Shown here one piece after another: positions 7,631 through 13,752 of a DNA stretch of 13,752 nt. The notes under the pieces are model-generated. The model searched no databases and was not told the origin of the DNA. It was given only the letters and a program-made list of their open reading frames with translations. This stretch comes from Abditibacteriaceae bacterium (lineage in GTDB: Bacteria > Armatimonadota > Abditibacteriia > Abditibacteriales > Abditibacteriaceae). The position numbers and the translations under genes were made by a program. Position 1 is the first letter of the stretch, and each line of letters opens with the position of its first letter. The stretch is taken from positions 1-13,752 of the forward strand of contig JANPJS010000175.1 of NCBI GenBank assembly GCA_031425655.1, in the 5' to 3' direction.

Positions 7631-8380
7631 ATGAGAAAAGCCGCCGCCACAACACCAGCCGTTGAAAAACCCTCGAAAGCCAGCGAGAAAGCAACAAAAC
7701 CCGCCGTCAAGCCAATCAAGAAAGCGGCGGCCAAACCCGTCAAGAAAGCGGCGGCCAAACCCGTCAAAAAAGCGGCGACTGCGAAAGTGGCCGCCGCCAA
7801 AAAGCAAGCGGCGGCAGAAGCGCGTGCGGTTAAAGCGAAGGCGCAGGCGATGCGTCGCAAAGAACTGGCTGCGGCCCGCAAAAAAGCGCAAAACGCCCGC
7901 ATCGCACAGCAAATTGCCAAGCAAAAAGCACAAGAGGAGCGCAAAGCCAAGCGTCTTGAGCAACAAGCCGCGCGCGAAGCACGATTGGCCGCGCAAGCCG
8001 AGAAACGGCAGGCTTTGGCCGCACAACGCCAAGCCAATGCCGAGAAAAGAGCGGCGCTCAAACAAAACCGCCTCAGCGATGAAGAAATGAAAAAACGCTT
8101 CGCAGAAGCCGGCGTGACCACAGATCAAATGCGCGAAGCGGCGCGCATTCTGAAAACCAAAGGCACCAAAAAACGCGAGCGCCGCCAAGCCGCCGCCGTG
8201 ATGGGATTAATCGGCGGCAGCATCGGTGGGCAAAATCGGGCACGCAATCTCACACCCGAACAACGCACCGAAATCGCGCGACGCGGCGGGCTGAAACGTC
8301 AGGCTCTGGCCAGAGAAGAGCGTGAGAAAAAAGGCGCGAAATCGCCGGATGGCTCGGCTTCCAACGCTCAAACGCTTTAG
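7631..8380 (+). CDS. Lys/Ala-rich histone H1-like basic protein with coiled coil and C-terminal GGxxRAxxL(S/T)PExRxEIA motif
   Basis: KKAAAKPV repeats, long A/K/R/Q/E helical tract, C-terminal GGQNRARNLTPEQRTEIARRGG. Confidence 0.75.
   Translation: MRKAAATTPAVEKPSKASEKATKPAVKPIKKAAAKPVKKAAAKPVKKAATAKVAAAKKQAAAEARAVKAKAQAMRRKELAAARKKAQNARIAQQIAKQKAQEERKAKRLEQQAAREARLAAQAEKRQALAAQRQANAEKRAALKQNRLSDEEMKKRFAEAGVTTDQMREAARILKTKGTKKRERRQAAAVMGLIGGSIGGQNRARNLTPEQRTEIARRGGLKRQALAREEREKKGAKSPDGSASNAQTL
7717..7777 (+). repeat. 24-bp tandem repeat encoding KKAAAKPV
   Basis: caagaaagcggcggccaaacccgt is identical at 7717-7740 and 7741-7764, with a partial third copy. Confidence 0.9.
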
Positions 8381-8403
8381 AACACCTCAGAAAAAGAGAT
8401 TTC

Positions 8404-8491
8404 AACCACTGATGCACACCGATGGACACGGATTTCGATTTGTTGTCATCTGTGTTTATCGGGTGCCCTCTGGGCGGATTCATCTGTGGTT
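8404..8491. repeat. Palindromic element with 10-nt periodic arms (AACCAC-GATGNACACN / ATCTGTGGTT)
   Basis: Left arm 8404-8433 aaccactgatgcacaccgatggacacggat. Right arm 8448-8491 is its imperfect reverse complement with about 14 extra nt. Confidence 0.75.
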
Positions 8492-8519
8492 CATTTTAAA
8501 CGCTCTTAACGAAACCTTC

Positions 8520-9326
8520 ATGCTCACTTCCGAACAGGTCGCACAATTTCAAGAAAGCGGATTCCTCAAAGGTTCGCGTGTGCTGGACGACGCGGCCATC
8601 GAAGTCTTATGCGACGAAACTTTGCGCGTCATTGACGATTATCAAAGCGGCACCGAGCGCGACCGCAAGCCGGTGCGCGTGGCGAATTTGTCCGGCAAAG
8701 CCGAAAATCCCGTCTGGCAAATCGTCAACATCTGGGAAGGCTCCGCAGCGTTTGAAGAATTGCTGCATAATCCGATTATCGTCGAGGAAGTCGCGCAACT
8801 TATGCAGGCCGAAATGCAGGCGCGCGAAATCCGCCTCTTTCACGACCAGATTCAATATAAACCGGCTTCGATTGGCGGCGTAAATATGTGGCATCAGGAT
8901 TCGCCCTACTGGCCGATTCTGACGCCAAAAGATGTGCAACTTTCGGCGTGGATCGCCTTAGACGACGCCGATGCCGAGAACGGCTGCATGAGCATGGTGC
9001 CCGGTTCGCATCGCTGGGGCGACCACGGCGCTATTTTCGGCAGAATGGCCGGTTTTGAAGCCTTACCCGAAACGTTTGAAGATCACAAAGTCGAAGTGCG
9101 CTTGTGCCCGGTCGAAAAAGGCCATGTGCATTTTCATCATCCTTTAACGTGGCACGGCTCGCACGCCAACACATCGGGCCGTCCGCGCCGCGCCATCGCC
9201 TTGCATTTTATGACCGAACGCGCGCTTTTCCACGAATCCGGCTCCCATCCCATGAGGCCTTTTGTGGAATCAAAGAACGGCGAAACCGTGCGCGGCGCGC
9301 GTTTTCCGCTTGTCTGGCAAAGTTAG
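8520..9326 (+). CDS. Phytanoyl-CoA dioxygenase (PhyH) family Fe(II)/2-oxoglutarate dioxygenase
   Basis: MLTSEQVAQFQESGF start, WHQD iron motif, WIALDD, NGCM..VPGSH, distal WHGS and RRA. Start moved from 8322 to ATG 8520. Confidence 0.92.
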   Translation: MLTSEQVAQFQESGFLKGSRVLDDAAIEVLCDETLRVIDDYQSGTERDRKPVRVANLSGKAENPVWQIVNIWEGSAAFEELLHNPIIVEEVAQLMQAEMQAREIRLFHDQIQYKPASIGGVNMWHQDSPYWPILTPKDVQLSAWIALDDADAENGCMSMVPGSHRWGDHGAIFGRMAGFEALPETFEDHKVEVRLCPVEKGHVHFHHPLTWHGSHANTSGRPRRAIALHFMTERALFHESGSHPMRPFVESKNGETVRGARFPLVWQS

Positions 9327-9349
9327 GCGCAACGGCACGATAGCAGGAA

Positions 9350-10096
9350 TTAGCGCAGCAACTCACTCAAGAAGCAAACATAGTCGTCGCTATTCGGCAA
9401 TTCACGGTTTATACACACGCGACGGCGTGATGCGACAGTGTTTGCATTGGTGCGCGGATTAAAACCAAGCTTCTCGTAATTTTCCCAATACAAACCGACG
9501 CCGCGCCGCTGCCATGACGGCAAAGCATCGAAGTCTATGCCGCGTTCTTGCAGCAAGGCATATTTTTGAGCGATTGTTTGTCTGTCCAGAGACGCAGTCG
9601 CCTGACGCGCACTCAGACCCTGCTGCCGCAGTGTCCAGTAGCACCAGCCGTTCAACGCGCATCGTGTGGCGTCGCTTTGCCGCCAACGAAAATAATCGAA
9701 CACGTCTTCGTCGTTTTGACAGCACCAAATTCGACTGTCGAAGTAGGCGCGTTCGCCTCCGGCTGAGGAAAACGTAACGCTGGCCGTGGCCGCCGTGAGA
9801 GACACTAATTTTTCCACGCTTCGATCAAAATGCGCCCAGGCACGCGGCAGCAAAATCGAGATTTCATCGCTTTCCACATAGCAATACAATCCTTCCCATT
9901 CTTCAAGCAAAGCCTGCGCGGTAACAAGCATCAAATCATGAAATCGCGGGTCAAAAGGCTTACTAAAATGCAACTGCGTGAAGCGTGAAAAGCCACGCCC
10001 ATCAACGCGGATGACCGTCCATTTTCCGTCTGGCACACGCAGCCCATGAAAAACTTCTCCGCTGCGCATTTTGTCTTCAAATTGCTGTGGTTTCAT
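9350..10096 (-). CDS. tRNA(His) guanylyltransferase Thg1-like protein (TLP, 3'-5' polymerase)
   Basis: RVDGRGFSRFT and YVESDEIS (the two catalytic Asp), KPFD, FDSR, DYFRWRQSDA, WQRRGV. Confidence 0.93.
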   Translation of the reverse strand: MKPQQFEDKMRSGEVFHGLRVPDGKWTVIRVDGRGFSRFTQLHFSKPFDPRFHDLMLVTAQALLEEWEGLYCYVESDEISILLPRAWAHFDRSVEKLVSLTAATASVTFSSAGGERAYFDSRIWCCQNDEDVFDYFRWRQSDATRCALNGWCYWTLRQQGLSARQATASLDRQTIAQKYALLQERGIDFDALPSWQRRGVGLYWENYEKLGFNPRTNANTVASRRRVCINRELPNSDDYVCFLSELLR

Positions 10097-10550
10097 CCAG
10101 GATTCCCAACCGTGTCACTTCAAAGCCGTCGCCTTGCAAACGCACGAAATACAGTTCGTCGAAACCTTCGTCGAGCGATGGCTTTTGCAACTGCGCTGCG
10201 GTTATTTTTAGCGCAATGAGCGGCACGCAGGCGCGGCCTTCACGCAGAGCGTTGCGCGCGGCGCACGCCGCAAAATCCGACTCGAAAAAGTAGTTATGGA
10301 CACGCGCACCAAATTCGCGCGCGATTTGAATATGTGGCGCCCGCGCAATGCGGCTCGGCAAGGTATTATCGAGCACTACGTCGCGGTTTTCGAGCAACGC
10401 GGCGCGCAGTTCACGCTGCAAACGCGCTTCACGGCGGCTGGCATTGGGCCAGTTGTCCTTCGACAAATGCAAATGCGTGGCGGCGAAACGCGCACGATAG
10501 AAACTGCTTTTGCCGGCGCCCTGCAATCCGCTAAAAATCACGACTTCCAC
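10077..10550 (-). CDS. P-loop kinase, AAA_33 / polynucleotide kinase-like
   Basis: Walker A GLQGAGKS, SKD, VVLDNT, lid RNALR, C-terminal P..DEGFDE. GTG start with GAGGTGG RBS. Overlaps the TLP gene by 20 bp. Confidence 0.88.
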   Translation of the reverse strand: MEVVIFSGLQGAGKSSFYRARFAATHLHLSKDNWPNASRREARLQRELRAALLENRDVVLDNTLPSRIARAPHIQIAREFGARVHNYFFESDFAACAARNALREGRACVPLIALKITAAQLQKPSLDEGFDELYFVRLQGDGFEVTRLGILDETTAI

Positions 10551-10634
10551 GACGCCACCACCTCTTTCCAGAACGCCGCCGAGCTTTCAATATCGGTAAA
10601 AACTAACGTTAGGAACACCAAACTTTGGGCTATA

Positions 10635-11405
10635 TCAAACCTCGTCTAACGTGATTTTGCGGCCTTCACGCGAGAAAATTGGCCGGCGCAGCACGCCCAA
10701 ACGCTGAAAAAGGCAGGCGAAACTGGTCGCCAGCACACCGAATCCGTAAATCACGCTGCGTCGGAAATTAATGGACGAGGCTTCCTCGAAATACTTGGCC
10801 GGACAGGCGATTTCGCCAATTGAATAGCCAAAATAGACCGCTTGAGTGAGCATTTGGTTATCGAACACGAAGTCGTCGGAGTTTTCTTCGAGCGGCAAAT
10901 GGAGCAGCACCTCACGCGAAAAGGCCCGATAACCGGTGTGATATTCCGATAATTTCATGCCGATGAGCAGGTTTTGCGTCGCGGTCAGAGCGCGATTGCA
11001 AGCGTATTTGTAGAACGGCATTCCGCCTTTCAAGGCGCCGTTGCACAAAATGCGCGAGCCAAGCACGATGTCGTATTGCCCGACGGCCACCAGCGAGGCC
11101 ATCGCGGTCAATAATTTCGGCGTGTATTGATAATCCGGGTGCAGCATAATCACCACGTCGGCGCCGCGCGACAAGGCCGCTTTGTAGCAGGTTTTCTGGT
11201 TGCCGCCGTAGCCGCGATTTTGCGGATGCACGATGGTTTCAATGCCCAGACGCCGCGCCACTTCCGCTGTATCATCGCGGCTGGCGTCGTCCACGAGAAT
11301 CACTTCGTCTACGAACTCGAAGGGGATTTCGCTGTAAGTTTGTTCCAGCGTGCCGGAAGCGTTGTAAGCCGGCATCACCACGACAACCTTCTGCTTATGA
11401 ATCAT
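10635..11405 (-). CDS. Glycosyltransferase family 2 (polyprenol-phosphate glycosyltransferase, DPM1-like)
   Basis: [43 protein letters not shown]. Start set at ATG 11405 because the longer ORF runs into a repeat element. Confidence 0.93.
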   Translation of the reverse strand: MIHKQKVVVVMPAYNASGTLEQTYSEIPFEFVDEVILVDDASRDDTAEVARRLGIETIVHPQNRGYGGNQKTCYKAALSRGADVVIMLHPDYQYTPKLLTAMASLVAVGQYDIVLGSRILCNGALKGGMPFYKYACNRALTATQNLLIGMKLSEYHTGYRAFSREVLLHLPLEENSDDFVFDNQMLTQAVYFGYSIGEIACPAKYFEEASSINFRRSVIYGFGVLATSFACLFQRLGVLRRPIFSREGRKITLDEV

Positions 11406-11501
11406 AGTTTTATTCACCGCAGAGGACGCGGAGAGCGCAGAGAATTTTGGAGTAACGAGATGAGAAACGAGAGGCAAAGACTTTTTGTGACTCGCTACTA
11501 A

Positions 11502-11697
11502 TAGTCTGTAATCGAAGTCATCTGGTGTTATTTGGCAGGTCGAAAAACCCTCCCCTAACCCCTCCCGTTGGAGGGGAATTTACGCTTTTTAAACTCATTT
11601 TTGAATTTACAGAGCGTAAATTCCCCTCCAACGGGAGGGGTCAGGGGAGGGTTCTGTTGGCCCACCCAAAATGCAAGCCTACTTCGATTACAAACTA
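11502..11697. mobile_element. MITE-like non-autonomous element, 196 bp
   Basis: Terminal inverted repeats tagtctgtaatcgaagt (11502-11518) and acttcgattacaaacta (11681-11697) match at 16/17. CTAA direct repeats flank it at 11498-11501 and 11698-11701. Confidence 0.7.
11546..11653. repeat. REP-like 52-bp inverted repeat (CCCTCCCCTAACCCCTCCC...GGAGGGG type)
   Basis: 11546-11597 matches the reverse complement of 11602-11653 at 48/52 with a 4-nt loop. Each arm has its own small hairpin cccctcc-cgtt-ggagggg. Confidence 0.9.
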
Positions 11698-11753
11698 CTA
11701 ATCTCTCGTTACTCGAAAATCCTCTGCGCCCTCCGCGTCCTCTGCAGTGAAAT

Positions 11754-13346
11754 TCACGAAGCGCCTCTGGGGCTGACCAATACTTTCAGGGTTTTGAACA
11801 GCAGCTTGACATCGAGCCACAGGCTCCAGTTGTCAATGTATTCCAAATCGAGGCGCATCCATTCGTCCACGTCGGTGATTTCGTTGCGTCCCGTCGCCTG
11901 CCAGATGCAGGTCAGGCCGCCTTTGACGCTCAGTTTACGACGCTGCCACGGTTCCAACTCGGCGACTTCATTGGGCAAGGGCGGGCGCGGGCCGACTAAG
12001 CTCATGTCGCCGCGCAGCACGTTGTAAAATTGCGGCAACTCGTCTATCGAATATTTGCGAATAAAGCGGCCAATCGGCGTAATGCGTGGGTCTTCGCCTT
12101 CCTTCGCCTTGAAAAACGGGTCTTCCATGACATTGATGGCATCATAACGCGCGCGATCTTCGCGTTTCATGGTTTCTAAAATTTTCTGCGCGTTGATGGA
12201 CATCGAACGGAACTTGTAGAACTTAAAAGTGCGCCCATTTAGGCCGACGCGCTCCTGCGTGAAGAAAACCGGCCCGCGATCATGCAATTTGATGAGTAAC
12301 GCGATAATCGGGAAAACGGGAAACGGAAAAATTAAAAACAGCAGCGTGAAGCCCGCGATGCAGCGATCCATGACGCTCTTGACGCCCAAAGCGACGGTAT
12401 TTTGCGGCGTGTTGTGCAAAACCAGCGTCGGCAGTGTGCCCATCATGGTGGCTTCGACTTTGGCGTTGGAAGGCGGCACTAAATCGTCCACCAAGCTTAC
12501 GGTGCGGCCTCGTTCCAGGCACAATTCGAGAATATCGCCCCAAACTTGGCCCGGCGAATGATGTCCGGGACGCGCTTTTTCCGCAAAGGAAACCGGAACG
12601 GCTTCAGCCTGCGAACGCACGATAATCACTTCGTCAATGACTTCGCGGTCAAGCACTTGGGCGATCTCGCCGACGCAGCCCAGATGCGGCACATCGCGGG
12701 TTTCCATCTCGTGCGAAACGCTTTCATCGCTGATAAAACCGACCAGGCGGCTGCCGCGATACGCCGGTGTTTCTAAAACGCGCAGGAAATTCTGCGCGTG
12801 CGCGGCATCGCCAATCAGCAAAACACGGCGCATCGGCTCGCGTCCGCCACGCAATAAAAACGGCAGCAACAGGCGCCGTTCGAGCCAGACAAAAGCCACG
12901 CCAAAAATCAGAAAGCCGGTGAATAAAAGGCGATTCCCGTCGAATTTGGCAAGAAAGAAAAACACGACGACGGCCATCGTGCCCATCAAGCCGGCATAAC
13001 TGCATACAGCGAATTCCTGCCGTGCGCTGCGTTGACTTTGCGGATCGTAAGCGTTTTGCGCGTGCAAAAAAAACAGCCACGCCGGAATGGACAAATAAAG
13101 AACCCAGAGGTGCGTTTGAATGTTGACAAGCGGATTTGGCGACAAAACGATGCGATAAAATTCCGGCAAATCTTTGGGATGGCGCACCATATCGCGCAGA
13201 TGCCAGCCAAAAACGTCGCTGAGAGCGACCAGTGTGTTGCCTAAACCTTCGCGCAGCCAAACGGCGACCATGAACGCGAAAACCAGCGCCAGAGCGTCTA
13301 AAAACCACGCAAGGGCGAAATACGCCGTCCGTTGCGATTTCGGCAT
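11754..13346 (-). CDS. Polyprenyl-phosphate glycosylphosphotransferase (priming sugar transferase, WcaJ/WbaP-like)
   Basis: N-terminal TM helices, Rossmann-like VLLIG domain, catalytic domain FKFYKFRSM, DPRITPIGRFIRKYSIDELPQ, MSLVGPRP, DLEYIDNWSLWLD; AAGGA RBS. Confidence 0.95.
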   Translation of the reverse strand: MPKSQRTAYFALAWFLDALALVFAFMVAVWLREGLGNTLVALSDVFGWHLRDMVRHPKDLPEFYRIVLSPNPLVNIQTHLWVLYLSIPAWLFFLHAQNAYDPQSQRSARQEFAVCSYAGLMGTMAVVVFFFLAKFDGNRLLFTGFLIFGVAFVWLERRLLLPFLLRGGREPMRRVLLIGDAAHAQNFLRVLETPAYRGSRLVGFISDESVSHEMETRDVPHLGCVGEIAQVLDREVIDEVIIVRSQAEAVPVSFAEKARPGHHSPGQVWGDILELCLERGRTVSLVDDLVPPSNAKVEATMMGTLPTLVLHNTPQNTVALGVKSVMDRCIAGFTLLFLIFPFPVFPIIALLIKLHDRGPVFFTQERVGLNGRTFKFYKFRSMSINAQKILETMKREDRARYDAINVMEDPFFKAKEGEDPRITPIGRFIRKYSIDELPQFYNVLRGDMSLVGPRPPLPNEVAELEPWQRRKLSVKGGLTCIWQATGRNEITDVDEWMRLDLEYIDNWSLWLDVKLLFKTLKVLVSPRGAS

Positions 13347-13478
13347 CGTTTAAATCCTTCGCTCCGCCAGTGATGAAAATTGTAAAAGGAGCACTTTGAT
13401 TTTATGTGCCGCCGCCCTGCTGTTACAAGATGAAACTTCGAGCGGCAAATCTTTTTTCGGCTACCTCTCTGCCAAACG

Positions 13479-13518
13479 CACAACAGCGGCACCATCGAAT
13501 AGATGGGCCGCTGTTGTG
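13479..13518 (-). terminator. Stem-loop downstream of the truncated ORF, possible terminator or processing hairpin
   Basis: cacaacagcggc-a-ccatc pairs with gatgg-gccgctgttgtg (17 bp, one bulge). U-tract is weak. Confidence 0.45.
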
Positions 13519-13549
13519 TTGGTGTTGCGTGCGTTGCCGCAGTGTGACG

Positions 13550-13752
13550 TTACTCGGAAGGCTCGTCTGCGCGACTCTGTGAGGCCGACGGCCCCTCGTC
13601 TGTGCGACTCCGTGAGGCCGACGGCTCCTCGTCTGCGAACGGCTTCTCGGAGCGGATGACCGGTGCTATCACCGTTGCGGCCACCGTGAAGTTAGCCGTG
13701 GCCGTTGCGCGTCGGAAGGCGTTGTCCAAAGCCGTGGCCGTCACCGTGTAAC
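13550..13752 (-). CDS. C-terminal end of a larger protein (Ig-like beta-strands plus repetitive acidic/Ser tail), truncated by the window edge
   Basis: Frame is open to the window end. YTVTATALDNAFRRATATANFTV resembles the last two strands of bacterial Ig-like domains. Confidence 0.55.
   Translation of the reverse strand, partial: YTVTATALDNAFRRATATANFTVAATVIAPVIRSEKPFADEEPSASRSRTDEGPSASQSRADEPSE
13562..13637. repeat. 33-bp tandem repeat (2.3 copies) coding an 11-aa unit
   Basis: ctcgtctgcgcgactctgtgaggccgacggccc (13562-13594), ctcgtctgtgcgactccgtgaggccgacggctc (13595-13627), partial copy 13628-13637. Confidence 0.88.

Larger units (their letters stand above)
11413..11751. repeat. Outer 48-bp inverted repeat of a nested palindromic composite
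   Basis: 11413-11460 ttcaccgcagaggacgcggagagcgcagagaattttggagtaacgaga matches the reverse complement of 11704-11751 at 44/48. Confidence 0.9.

Noticed and set aside
7529..8188. Long antisense and alternate-frame ORFs over the H1-like gene, and similar ones over tig, clpX and the sugar transferase
   Set aside because: These are shadow ORFs expected from GC-rich or repetitive coding sequence, with no recognisable domains.
8322..8519. N-terminal extension of the PhyH ORF
   Set aside because: It overlaps the previous gene and reads through a palindromic repeat. The family-typical start is MLTSEQV at 8520.
676..10096. Functional link between the GGDEF protein and the Thg1-like protein (related palm folds)
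   Set aside because: They are about 7.6 kb apart and separated by unrelated operons. Shared fold ancestry is not evidence of a joint system.
11406..11477. N-terminal extension of the GT2 ORF
   Set aside because: It is translated from the repeat arm (SALSASSAV). The GT2 fold begins just after the ATG at 11405.
13562..13637. 33-bp repeats as a possible CRISPR array
   Set aside because: Copies are directly adjacent with no spacers, the length is a multiple of three within an ORF, and no cas genes are present.

Overview
Bacterial chromosomal segment, mostly GC-rich. The DUF1559/H-X9-DG prepilin-type gene and the repeat style suggest an Armatimonadota/Abditibacteriota- or PVC-like organism (inference only). 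It holds four tRNAs (Ser-GGA, Ser-CGA, a short-variable-arm Leu-TAG, Gly-GCC), a CopZ-like chaperone, a degenerate receiver-GGDEF protein and the tig-clpP-clpX operon. An accessory stretch follows: prepilin-type protein, peroxiredoxin-like protein, DoxX-like protein, histone H1-like basic protein, PhyH dioxygenase, a coupled P-loop kinase/Thg1-like 3'-5' polymerase pair, a GT2 glycosyltransferase, a priming sugar transferase and the end of an Ig-like protein. Many intergenic gaps are filled by palindromes built of 7- or 10-nt repeats. The most striking object is a nested palindrome at 11413-11751 that contains a MITE-like insertion with 17-bp terminal inverted repeats and a CTAA duplication.
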